From Craspedostauros australis (Eukaryota): a stretch of 43,845 bases of DNA. Position numbers and translations under genes: made by a program. Every line of letters starts with the position of its first letter. Position 1 is the first letter of the stretch. Positions 21,204-34,210 of this stretch are shown here, in pieces. Location: NCBI GenBank assembly GCA_030167865.1, contig JALAGF010006573.1, positions 1 through 43,845 on the forward strand, written 5' to 3'. The notes under the pieces were generated by a model, which did not search any database, was not told the DNA's origin, and saw nothing but the letters and a program-made list of their open reading frames with translations.

Positions 21204-24200
21204 GGTGCTGTTGTTGGCTTGTGAGAGTGTTGGTTTGTGAAGGTGGGATGTGATGCAACTGGGCGGTTCCTGTTTTCAGTTTGGCGCTTTTGATTTTTAT
21301 GATTGGAGTTGTGTGGGGATTTGTGATTTGTGTGGTTTGTGCTGTTGTACCCCTTTTCGTGGGCATTTGGTGGTATTTGGTGGTATTTGGCGCGACTTGT
21401 GTGGTTTAGCACGGCCTCGTTACCGTATTTCTTGCTGCTGTTTTCTTTGGTGGAGATGTTCGCGTCTGCCATTTGCGCCTCTCTGTGGTAGTGCCACCAA
21501 TGGTGTTTTTCTTTGCGGTGACTTGTTGCCGCTGTTGCGGTTGCGGTTGCTGTTGGATTGGGCGTGACTGATACTCGCACGAGACAACGACGTGATCTTC
21601 GTGGTCGTTCGGCGAAATTGTGGACGCAAACACGAAGACTCATGGATGCTGGTAGAAATCTACGAGGGGCTTGCACGTGGTCTTGGTACTGAGAAAGAGT
21701 GTTCCGCTCCGCAGCTGTGCGCGTTCGTGGATTTGTGCGCTTCGAGGTACCAATAGGTGCGTTCGCGGAAGGACCACGAGGTAAGTGAAAGAATGGTGGC
21801 GGACCTGTACTGTGAACGTAGAAGCCAGTAGTGGAAGCTACGCCACAACTGCGCGCTTCGTGTGTTGCCAGGGGCGATAAGCCCTCATCACAACAGGCAA
21901 TAGTCAAGGTGCCTGAGCGCGCTCGCGAAGATACGTTGCGTTAGGGACTCGCGATCGACAATCGACCACAAAGCAATGTTCTTCGCCCATGATCACAACC
22001 ACGCACAAACGCGGCAGCGCCCATCTCTGCTGAACGGGGCTTCGTTGTGACACTGGGCGGAACTTGTTGGGGCGTTCTGTTCTCTTCCGCGTCAACAAGG
22101 AGGGAGATGTTGGACGAAGGCGATGTTGCGCAGATGGAGTGGCAGCGTAAGAGGTACTTCCGGTTAACAGTGGCACAAGGATGACAAACCCGCCAAGCGA
22201 CACCCGACACATAATCTGCCCATCAACATGAATGTCCACAGAGACAATTGCTTGGTCGTGAAGCGTTGAATGCCAAGGTCTTCGTTCCTCATGAACCGAA
22301 GAACGGAAAAACACAAGTCCGCTGCGCTGTGGCATGCTGGAGGAGGATGCCCCATGTTGTTTGTATCCGCATGGTGCTTGCCAACACAGCGGCATCGTCT
22401 GACAAGAGGGCTGGCCCAATGCCGGCTCTTGCTTGCTGCTCCTTCTGCTGCCGCTGTTGCCGCTGCTTTGTTTTGCTATGTTGCACTTGACTGCAATTCT
22501 CGTCTCGAGACTCTGCACTGCCAGAAACACCGTAGCGATCGAGTGCTCTACATCATCCTCCAAAGTATTGTCGCTCCGGCGTGGGGATCTGCTGGATTTG
22601 GGCATCTGCCTTGGCGTCCTGGTTGCTGCGGAAGCGAGGGCTGCGCTCGAGTTCACGACTGGTGCCTGGGCCATTCTTCGTCCTTCAGTTGACTTCATCT
22701 TGCTATTTCCATGTAGAAGCTTCGGGGATGCATTTGGATGAAGATGCCTGTGGCAGAAAGGAGCCTCCCGACCTCCTACCTCTCCGCCCATCGCTTTTCT
22801 GGCTTCTGTCTCTGGGTCCGGACAAGTATAGTATTTAGGCCTCTTCGTCCACAGCCGCCACTGTTCCGGCCATCAATCTGACACTCCCGTGATCGAGGGT
22901 GGTCCGATAAACGAGCATTCTGCGGACGCTCACACACAGCGCCATCACCATCTTGTGCTTGCACCTCTTCGTGCCAAACCTTCATCACAGGCACACGTTC
23001 CGCCAACAACAGCATCAGAGCAGGTGACGACATCGACGCTTCCGGCACAAACAACATTGACAAAGCGCATCAGATTGAAAGATATTCCAGCCTCGGTCAT
23101 TAGTGTGGTTGCCAAATGCAGTATGAAGGACAAAATGGTTGCGCTGCGCAAAGTTTGTCAGCGAGAGAAAAGAATGCTGGACCCTCATTGAAGTTGTCCT
23201 CGACGAACCACATCTTTTCGCAAAAAACGCCACACCAGCCAACACACCATTAAAGACGAATGGCAACCCCGCCACCCTTCGTCCTTGATACAGCTCCACG
23301 TTCCTGTTTTCGCTGGATCAGCGAAGGCGGGGACATGAGAAAAGAGCTCCTCGCTCTTACGCACGCAGTTGCCCTCCTTTGTTCCCATGTTCATGACACA
23401 ATCGTCGAGTCTGGTGGTGTTCTTGGGTGACGCGCTGCATTGACAAGTACTAGTTGTTGTACATATGGATCGAATAGGGAGCGAAAGGGCAATGCCAAGA
23501 AGTCGGCGTGACGTGGAAGGTGTCCATCGTGCGTTGACTGCGGACTTCGCAGGAATAGCGGAGACACGAGTGCCTAACACGAACGTGACACAAGAGAAAC
23601 CCTTTTTGGTGGCATGATTAAGAACACGATCGACTCAAACACGAGTACGTTTATCCCGTGCATGTTTCGGTGTTCTGCTCGGTGAAGTTGCGACCAACTT
23701 GCGAACCTCTTGATACAATGTGCCAAGTGACTCATGTCCGCGATCTCACATCTTTCCTTTCTCGCGCACCACCACCTCCCAACCTCGCGGCCTCACAAAA
23801 CGAGTGGCACATCTTCGCAATCGCAATTTGCGGCGTATGCTCTGCTCTACGACATGGTATTGCAGTTGATCTGGTCCATTCCGCAACCCGGCGAGTATTC
23901 CAGGGAGCGAACACTTTTGGTTCGAGGAGAGCGGAGGATGGTATAATACGTGTATTCGCAAGGGTTAGCATTCTTACAGGGGGAGAGAACCAGGTCCGCT
24001 GATCGTGCTTTTCCATGTTCCATCTCCCATCCGACGAAAGTCTTTGGTTTCATGCAGAGAGTAGAGCTTGCATCATAAATGGACTCTGTTTCATTCGAAG
24101 GTGTGTACTTGTGAAATAGAATAGAATAGATGGGAGGGCAAATACGAGCAGGAATACAACATGGTCGAGTCTGCACCAATGGTGCAGCGATCTCGGTGAA

Positions 24201-27200
24201 GCGCGCAACATCGCGATGCCGCGCTGGTGCATGCGATTTCGCTTGTTCGTGATGCCAATCTCCTTTTGCTTGTGTTTGTGCCAGTCGCGACGCATGGTAC
24301 ATACGACCGTATCTACCTACCTTTGGGACCTACCTGCTTCGACTACGCGTGTCATCCCGACAAACCTCCGGCCCTTGTTTGCGATCCTTCTGGGTTGGGT
24401 GCTGTCCATGGTCCAGAAGTAACGAACCGGTCTCGTTTTCTGTGCTGGAAATGGGAATGCGTATTGGTAGGGTAGAGTAGGGGTAGAGTAGGGTGGTATA
24501 GTAGAGTGGTATGGTAGAGTGGTAGGGAGGGCAGGGATGTGGAGCGCAGCACATTCGATGAGATACTCGCGCCAGTACCGATACTCGCACAAAGGAGAGC
24601 AGGACGGCTGACCAAATTGTGTCACGATTCAAGGAGACACTCTTCGCTGTGGGACTTGATCCCGTAATACGGTGTCCTCGTGACTGCTGGCGAAATGCTC
24701 AGACATGCGATCGAACCAAAAGCGGTCATGGACGAAGGGGGACGAACAGAGACGTGCAGAGCGTTCAGCAGGGCAGCACGCACGCACGCACGTGCTGGTG
24801 GTTGGTGGGCTTGGGTCAAGCCCGCCATAGCCGCCTGGTGCTGGCGTGCAACCTGGGCAGCGTGTCTGGACTTCGATGGAAGAGTTGAAGGTACGAGGAG
24901 GGTCTGGGGTGAGTGACACGGTGTTGCACTGGACAACAACCCCCTCGCGACTTGAATCGTTGTTGGTACGACAGCTCCTCTGGTGATGTGGTTGCGGCCG
25001 TGGTTGCTGCTGCCGTTGTCTTCAACCCAAGACCAATTCATGCGTGCCATCCGCGAGGTCATGGCAGTGACTATCATCGTGGATCGCGCTTGCCGGAGCC
25101 AAATGGCACAGACCAAGATGAGCAGCAAGTCGAGCTGGCGTATGGGGATTGATAGCTCGCATAGTAGAGTAGAACGTGGAGCAGCGACGACTGCGATCCC
25201 GACTGTGCGCGCTCTGCACCAACTCGATTGGCCATCACGCCTATTCCTGCGAGGTACTCGGGCGGGGTCACCAACAGTCGTGACGGCCAAAGAGCTGAGG
25301 AGGATGGGCGAGTTCATTGCCAATGAGAAAGAAGCCACTCCTGCCCTTCGGTGTTGTGATGGGGCGGGTTGCAAGAGACACACACTCGGGGAGAGAGAGA
25401 GGAAGAGAGAAAGGTGCGCTCACGTACTCGCGAGGTATTGACATTGTGAAGGAGAGCGGCTGAGAAGGCACAAACCAGCAAGAAGAGTTCTGAATACGGA
25501 CTCTTCTGATAAAGTCCTCTGCCTCTTTCCGGGCGCAGATGTTGTTGGAACCGAATGTGAGGCGAGAGATCGGAGTGGAAACTGCCATACTCGCGCCGTA
25601 CTTGTTGAAGTATGGTGGTTATCGATCGCTCCAGGAACCGGTTGGCGGCACCAAATTGGGACCACCACACGATGCGGATGTCGACAGCGCCCTGCTCCAT
25701 CTATGCGACGGCATGCGAGCAAAACCCCATCAAGAACAATGACCTTCGGCCAAAATCACAGAAGCCCCGCCTTTCTTCACGCAAAGGCAAGAGAGCCCCA
25801 CGGTGTGCCATAGGTACGCATCATTGATGGAAGCCATCACCATCCGGACAGAGGCGAGAAGGAAAGGGCCGATGCGCATCACGCCGAAGGAGGACCGAAG
25901 CATCCCGGCAACCACAAAGCGTCAAATGGCAGAGACAAGAAGGCCGGAGCGAAGGAATCGCATCGCGGCTGTTCGCTTGTTCTTACAACTATGTCAATGG
26001 CAGAGCCTCATCAGCGGTTCCGAACATTTGGGCCAAGACGGTCGAAACTGCAACAATCAGGACTGTACCGGTAATCGTACCTCGTCACGAACCTTGTCGT
26101 GATGCGCACCTCCTGGCGCCTCCGAAGAGAGAGAGAGAGCCGCTATGGTGGATGGCAACAGCACCGGTGGCAGTATCTATCCCTGCAATCAAATCCTCCG
26201 GCATCGATAAGACCGAGGTATGTGCGAGCTGCGAGTAGCGTAGTACAGCGTAGAGAACAGTAGCAGCGCGTTCCTATCGTGCACGAACCATGTCAACTTG
26301 ACCGACATGCACTTCCAACAAAGTGCCCAAAGTACAGTGCCAATACCGCAGGGAGTACGACCCGCTCGTGTGGCAATAGGCAGAAGCGCAGCTCGTGGGC
26401 ATGCAACGATGCATCATGCATTTGCCGGTTCCTTCCCTCAAATGCATCTCGGTCTCCGTTTGTGGGGGATGCTCTTGCCTTCGTTGTTCGTGATCAAGGC
26501 ATCCAGTCATGATGCCATGTGTGCCTCCATTTGTTTTCGCATCCTGGCATGTTCCGTGTTGGTGGCGAAAAGAGCTGCGGAACACGCGGGAGGACGAAGA
26601 AGGCCCCACCGAAGCGTATTGGATGTCCGAATGTCATCTTTGTCGCCAGGCCTTTCCATTCACCCTCTTTGGTTGATGCTAACCGGAGTATTGTGGGTAG
26701 AGGACGAGTAGTTGTACTCTTGCTCCACCGAAGTGTTCCCCAAAAGGCAGGCGGCTCCGACTATGGTCCCAGGTTCAATGGAAGGCGAAAGTGAGCCGTT
26801 GTGAGAACGTCATTTGTCTCTCGTCTTTATCATTCATTCTTCACACAGATCCATGGACAACATCAAGTGTCGATGATACTGTTACTGCGACCGAAGCTGT
26901 GATCATTTATCTTTGCTCGGCATCACAATGGCACCACGATGCCATCACATTGCCAGCTGAGGCAGGACACGAAGTCGTGGCAGGAGCGCGGGTATCCAAG
27001 TGCTCCGCCGCCCCACGACCTCCGCGCGTTTTGCGTAACGATCCACTCTCCCGCTCTTCCCGCGCTCGGATGTTGGCGCGATCTACCAACAACAGGAATG
27101 GAGACCAACGATGGTGACTTCCGCACTGCATCATCTGCCTGTCTGGTGAGTCTCTGGTCACTGGTGGCCGTGCCACAGACGACGGTACTAGCTCGTGGCA

Positions 27201-27870
27201 TGGATACCTGAAGATGAACGAGCTTTTCGAACAGAGGCAGGGAATGTCTACTCGCGCAGTGCTATACTGTACTCTTCACACTATCCGAAGGACCCGAGAT
27301 CGTGCCCGCACACACATGCTATTTCTCCAGGTCGTGCTCTACTTGGTTTCCTCGTCTCTCTCTCTCTCCATACCTCGTACGACTACAAGTGCCGGCCTGG
27401 CCCTCCCGTGCCGCATGGTCATGGCACGAAGACGATGCATTTTGCAGTCAAGCCTCAGATCAGGATGTGTCCATTAGGCGTCTTCGGGCTTTCTTCCGCG
27501 CGACAACTCGGACCATGTGGTCAGAAACGATGGCCGCCATCGCGACACTTTACTTTGCCATGTATAATCGGCATACTCTGCTCCGTGCATCATCTGCTCC
27601 TTATGCATTCGCAAGAACAGCTGTCGATACCATCCGCTGTTCGGCAGAATCAGCTCTCCCCAACAGCACAGACACATCACTTGCACATGAGAAGAATCCA
27701 TGCGCGGATGGCCAAAGCATAGAGTGCTCGTACTCCGCGTACGAGATTGGGAGGAGGGAGATCCCATGTGCACATCGATCACGAATGCGAGCTGGATGTG
27801 CTGGCCATGATAATGTGCTTGCAGAGTATTCCCTGCATTCTCCGAGTATCCAGTATAACACGTACGAACA

Positions 27871-27921
27871 TGGTCCATCATGCGGTTTGGTCCACCATGC
27901 GGTTTGGTCCACCATACGGTT
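27871..27921. repeat. Minisatellite, 3 x 17 bp
   Basis: TGGTCCATCATGCGGTT / TGGTCCACCATGCGGTT / TGGTCCACCATACGGTT. Confidence 0.9.
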
Positions 27922-30900
27922 GCTCTTCCATCACTCTTCCAATACTCATGCTCTACTTTGCTCTACTCATGCCATGATCTTTCTCGATGAGCGAATGGAC
28001 GAATGCATCACGATGGATCTTGGGAGATGTGGTTGAGGAAGCAAAGTGCCCGACCGCAACAGATTGATGGTATCAACCGTCCTGAAGACGAAGATTGCCC
28101 TTGATGCTCAGAAACGATGCTTCCTTCAATAGCTCGTATTGCACTCGCCTCGAATAATACCTATTATACTCAAGAGCATTATGGTTACATTCATTTACTC
28201 TTGAGTGCGATGAGTATACTGTCTTCGCACGAACTAACTATGCTTGCATCTGTAGTCGTGCGTGTACTCCAGAGAGAGAGAGAGAGAGAGGAGGATGGCA
28301 GAATCTTTTTTGCAGCGTCGCTGGCGTGGATGTGTGTTCCTGTTGAAGGCGTCTTGCGTTGGACGCGTCTCTTGTGTTGCGCGCGTCTCTCTCCCGATAC
28401 GACGAGGCAGAGTGGCGTTGCCGTTCGCCCTCTTCGTTGTCATTGGGTTCAAGCGGTTGCATCTCCATTGGTACTCGTAGGCAGGCAAGGGCGCAAAGCC
28501 TCTTCGATTCGTCACGCCGGACACTGTCCAGCTTGTCGCTCGCAACGTTCCAACACAGGGGTCATCAACATACATACGAGAAGGTTGTATGGTACCATGG
28601 GTCGTACCCATGCCTGGAATGTACTCGTAGGTCGCATGTATCCCGAATCATCGTCGGGAAGCCACGCAAAGAAGGTGCCTCCCACGGCGACGAACGCACA
28701 GCCAAACGTGTCATCCATCCCCCCGCTTTCAACGGCGCAGAGGGGCACGTTGCCATGCTGACCAAAGCATGTCATGAATGGCACATGCCGCGTAGCGATG
28801 ACGCAAAATGAATGGTCACAAGCGTCTCCGACCGTATGCCTCATGACAAAGGCTTGAGCAGCGCATGTGGCTGAGAATTACGTCGGTTGGAGATGACTGC
28901 GAAGCCTCATCTCACGAGTAGTCGTAAGAGCAGACGATAATGGACAGACATGTTGTTCTCAGAGATCTCTCAATCGCTCGCCCACCTGCCCATGTGATGT
29001 CGTGACTTTGGCTGATTCTGCTCCCTCTTCTTGGTGGCAGAATGGTGCACTCGTTCGCAATGAGATAGCGTGGCCATTCCTGGCTCGGCGAAGTTTGAAC
29101 TGTTCACAAAGCAGAACTCTCATTTGAGTAGAGAAGTGGGACATACTAGTATCTTGTTCGTATTCGGCACAGAATCTCTTTTTAATCATGGTTATTAGCA
29201 TGACTCAATTCGTGATTGACTGATGAACGGTCGACGTGCATGCTGATCGACGATTCGGAGAACAATCCCGAGTTCGAACGGAAATGCACAAACAGCAACA
29301 CGTCAACATCATCTCCACCTCAAATGCATCTGCGCATTATTTCGGATACCATCTATCAGAGTCTCAACACCTTTGATTGCTGCTCTTCCTGCGGCGGACA
29401 TGCCACTTGATGATGACGCACACTGAGAATGGAGGAAGGGGTAGACGGATGATCTCAATGGTCTATGACATGAATTGCAGAAATCGTGGGAAGCATAGAC
29501 TGCCGTGTTGTGAGGACAACAAAGCGAAGCCATCAAGTTGACGACGGGACGACACATGATCCTCTGACGTACGCATCAATGCTTCACAGGTGGTGAAGCT
29601 GCTCTCCTACATCCAGAAGAAGGTGTAGATATGCGGTATGCGAGTGCTTTACGTAAACTACGCTGCCCATGTTTGAAGCAAGCACTATCCCCGACATCAT
29701 CGTGTGTCGTGGAGCAACACAAGAACCTTCATCCAAGCAAAGATTCAATTTCTCACTCAATCACTCACTCACCCGCTCGCTTGATCGACTGACCAATCAA
29801 CGAGCACGTCATTGAGCACAAGACGATGGAGACACTTCGTGGGAGTCGTACCCACCAACACACAATTACAACGCCTCGCTGAGGTGGCCATTTCCGCAGT
29901 GTTACTGCCTCCTTTCCCATCACGCATTTGCGACAATCTGACAATCACCTGTGCCTTGCATGGCCCGTCGTGGAGAATTGTGATGTGCGTGCGCTCTGGG
30001 AATGATGTCGACAAGGAACGTGGAGAATGGAAGCGAAATACGTGAACGCGGTTGGGACGATCGCACGATGACGATGTCCTTTTTTAGGACTGGAATCTTC
30101 TCTCGCAAAGGCGTTCGTGGCCACAACCGACATCGCCATCGCCGCCTTGTGCGATCTGATGTGAAGTGAAGTGTCGACGTCGGCAAAAGCATCCATGCGG
30201 AGTTTGCACCAACAGTGTTTTGAGGACGTCGAAGGAATGCATCCCACACTGATCATGCCATGGTGGCAGTATCGTGGGATGTTTGTGGAAGTGCGTTGTG
30301 GATGAGGGGTGCGGAATGACAACAACGCAGCATCAGATTGCACACTTCACTGGATCTGTCGTGTGATGTGTTGCATGGCACGAACTACTTGCACGTTCGT
30401 GGATTGATGGGACAACAGACTCAGCAAGAGAGTGGAACGAGCGTTATGCACGGAATCGATGGATGTGAAAGAAAGAAGGAACGAAGGAATCAATGGAAGA
30501 GCCGTGTGAATGTGAACGAATGTGCATGCGCATTTGCAGCACTGTGACGGATGACTCCGTTCACTCTGTGAGAAGGAATCTGTTCAACTCCACGCTCTGT
30601 ACTCAGTGGCGATGTGTGAACAGGTCATCATGGACAATCGTGTGAATGTGCTGTTGCGTGGGACGACGAATGAGCAAGAAAGGAGTGAGTGGATGAGTCC
30701 GACTGAGAGAGTGGGATGATTGCCACCTCCGCGTCGTTGTTGCCGTTGCCACCGCTGCCGAAGGGCATATAAATGTACGTACGCATTCCACTCAAAACAA
30801 CAACGCAGTTCCTGCGCATCATCATCCAGGAGGGTGCAACAGAAGGCAGCATCATCGCTTCGCTGTATTCACGGGAATGGGATCAAACAAGTGCTCTCGT

Positions 30901-32004
30901 CAGTTGTGAAGCGATGACGAGCACGAGTACTGCGCGTGCCGTGAGAGAAGAAGATTGAGCAGAGTAAGTACGGGTAGATAGGAATCCTCGCGGGCTGAGC
31001 ACAAGTGCTGTACTGACTATATTCCATGCACGCAAACGTCCGTGGCAACGCACGATCACGCGTAAGTGTTAGTAGACGCTGCCATCGTGGTTGGTGTGCC
31101 AACTGGGAACGACACCGCAGTCCACCACCTCGACAGACGTGGTGGAAAAGAATGAGAAAGTGAGAACAAAACAGAGGGAGCAGAACGGCTATATGCCCTC
31201 CGCGCAGTCGTGCCCTGCAGATGTACTGCAAGATGGAATTTTGTGGAGCATCAGGGGACATTCACACCGTCAGACAGATTCACCCTTCGCGAACCACGTG
31301 GACGTGGACAGAAAAATGGCTGCGTGTGGCACTGATGCAGTCTGTTTTGCGCCACGTGGGCATGGTTACTTATGGAGCATCGCCCAAGGAGAACTGCGCC
31401 TACTTAGCGATCCACCAATCATCGCGAACGCCGTTGCTTGACTCATGGCGAAGAAATCGCATTGTTTGCTTTCGCAGCCGCCGTTTGCGACGTCACGAAC
31501 AGCGCAAGTGCCGTACAAAGACCAGCAGGCCCGAACGGTTGTTGCCACATCACTCTTCGACTCAGTATTTTTTGGCGCACTCGTGGTTTGGCTGGGAGGT
31601 GAGCGGTTTGAGTTGCGGTTGGTCAGGGATCACCAACCACGCGCGTTGATCGTTCGTATGTACGACTTGTACTACTATCTGTGTCTGTGTTTGTGCCTGG
31701 GACGAATCCGCGAGGAGGAGGGAAAGTCGGCACCTTGTCTCCGTGTTGTTTTCGCGTATGAAATCAAGTCTCCAGCTGGCGATGCCACATACGGGTGTTC
31801 TCCACGCTGTCGTGTCTCGTTCCGGCCAAGTCAAAACGCCCTGTGCGTGTCACTGTGGAAGAGTGTGGCTGTGCCATCACAACAGCTTGCGCAACGCTCT
31901 GACCGACAGTTGCAGCAATCCACTCATAACACCAACCAAAGACACAGACACAAAACAGACACAGACACAGACACGCCCTCTCCCTCTCAGTCGCCAAGAC
32001 TAGC

Positions 32005-33102
32005 ATGGCGCTGACGGAAAGCACGATGAATCGCAGCATGAACGGCATCAACAAGATGGCGCTGATTCGCGAAGTGGAGACCTTCCTGCAGGCTCAGCAG
32101 CAGCAGAAACCGCTGCCTGCCGCCCAATCGTTTCCACCGCACATCATGCAGAGACTGGCGCAGCAGTACCAGCAGCGGAAGCAGCAGCAGATGCAGCTGC
32201 AGCAGCTACGACTCCAGCAGCAGCAGCAGCAGCTCGTGCCACTGCAACCGCTGCACCAACATGCCACCTTGCTCGCCCCCAAGCGATCCTACGGCTCCAT
32301 GATGAGCGCCCTGTCCACCAACACTCCGCCGCTGCCGCAGCACCTGCTCGCTCCCTCCACCTCCATGCCCATCATCACAGCATCCGCGGCAGCCACGGCC
32401 GCTGCTGCAACCGTCTCAGGCGCCATGCCACCCAAGAAGCGCAGCCGCAAGGCCGAAGCCAGCAGCCAGAACGCCAGACCGCTCTCTCGCGCCAAGCCAC
32501 CTGCCGAAAGCCCCGCCAAATTCGTGCTGCGGACCTTCGTGGAGCACGGATGCGACCTGGAACAGCACACGGCCACGCAGGAGAAGCTGCAGGTGCAGCC
32601 CTCGCAGTCCCTGATCGAGAACTACACGCAGGACAAGCTCAACGCCGTGCGCCACAACAACATGGAGGAGCTCGAGCGCCTGCACAGAGACGGCGTGCAG
32701 CTGGGCTGCTGCAACAAGTTCGGCGAGAGCATCGTGCATCTGGCGTGCCGCAGGGGCCTCACCAAGATACTCCACTTCCTCATCCACAAGGCCGGCGTCT
32801 CGCTGCATCACGCCGACGATTACAAGCGCACGCCCATGCACGATGCCTGCTGGACGCCGGAGCCAAACTTCGACCTGCTGGATCTCCTCCTCAAGGAGGC
32901 GCCGGATCAGCTCGTCATGAAGGACGTGCGCGGTTTCACGCCGTTCGACTACGTCCGCAAGTCCGATTGGGCGACGTGGATGGATTTCCTCAAGCAGCGC
33001 AAGCATCTGCTGCGGCCCAAGGCGTCGAGGCCACCATCTCCGCCGTGTCCGCAGTCGCCCTCGTCCGTGACATCACCCACGGACCAGTCGCCCAAGCAGT
33101 GA
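32005..33102 (+). CDS. Ankyrin-repeat protein with poly-Q/low-complexity N-terminus, 365 aa
   Basis: Ankyrin-type motifs NKFGESIVHLACRRG, DDYKRTPMHDACW and DVRGFTPFDYV; PKKRSRK NLS-like motif; strong GC3 codon bias; CA-rich leader before the ATG. Confidence 0.92.
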   Translation: MALTESTMNRSMNGINKMALIREVETFLQAQQQQKPLPAAQSFPPHIMQRLAQQYQQRKQQQMQLQQLRLQQQQQQLVPLQPLHQHATLLAPKRSYGSMMSALSTNTPPLPQHLLAPSTSMPIITASAAATAAAATVSGAMPPKKRSRKAEASSQNARPLSRAKPPAESPAKFVLRTFVEHGCDLEQHTATQEKLQVQPSQSLIENYTQDKLNAVRHNNMEELERLHRDGVQLGCCNKFGESIVHLACRRGLTKILHFLIHKAGVSLHHADDYKRTPMHDACWTPEPNFDLLDLLLKEAPDQLVMKDVRGFTPFDYVRKSDWATWMDFLKQRKHLLRPKASRPPSPPCPQSPSSVTSPTDQSPKQ

Positions 33103-34210
33103 GCGCAGCTGTCACGTTTAAACAGAACAGCCTGCAGATGTTGCCTCAATCTGACGTCCTCTCAAATCGTGTCGCATCCCAAATGACGAACCCGAGTCGC
33201 AGACAACTTCAGTCTGTCGTCATCGAACCATCACAGGAGTATATTACGCCTATACACAACAACGACAACAACAACAACAAAGGATACTCATGCACATGCA
33301 CAATCAATACAAGGACGATAACCAACACCCAACCACACCCATGAACAAAATGAACAAAGCCAAACATCACATAGCCCACTATCTATCCAAGCAAGACAAA
33401 CATATGAAATGCTGGAGGATGATGTGGGCTATGTAACGTACACTGTAAATAGATCCCCTTTTCTGACGCTAGACAATCCATGACCACTTCTCTTCTTCTA
33501 CCTTGGCGCAACATTGCGTCGTGCAGTGAAGCTCTGCTTCACACAAGATTGAGACTGGTGAACAACAACAAACATGCCAAAAACTATCCCCTGCAGCAGC
33601 CTTTTCCAGGTCGCCACGACCACAAACGGTGTCAGCTCACGTCACTCCATCTGGAATCGTGGTCTTGTGCGTAGGCGCTTCGCCATCTGCCATTTCGGTT
33701 CCAGCGTCAAGTCAAACAGATGCCGATGACATTTGGTGCATCACAACGTCCTACGTGGCCAATTCGAGTTACACCGAATTCGTGGTATGACGTCAACGAT
33801 GGAGCGGAACAAGTTCCTTCCATGGCATTTGGAATTCGGAATTTGGCGTTGCTGCCATGCAGAGTTGATGTGAACATCTGCATTATCCACGTCTCGATAC
33901 GCCCGCCAACCAACAACTGAGTCGCTTCGATGTGATGGGTTTGCGCCATTTCGTTCAGTATCTTTTTGTGGGTTCGGGAAAGCACAAAACACAGAACAGA
34001 CAAGAGGCAACATCCAACCCACCAAGCTCTGGAGGATTCATCAACCAGCCCATTCTCTCTCTCTCTCACACACACACACACTCACTCTCTCTGTTGGACA
34101 CAACCGACACTGTCGCAACTATTCTATAATAGCCAGCATTACCATAGTCGTACCATAGCCTCAAGGAAATCAGATCTGCATCGCAACAAGGGACATCCAG
34201 GAATAACAAC

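Noticed and set aside
19857..21240. Plus-strand ORFs opposite the HSF gene
   Set aside because: Antisense shadows of a GC3-rich CDS.
22889..31900. Numerous 60-250 aa ORFs
   Set aside because: No domains or codon bias, and they often run through microsatellites; this is expected by chance at this GC level.
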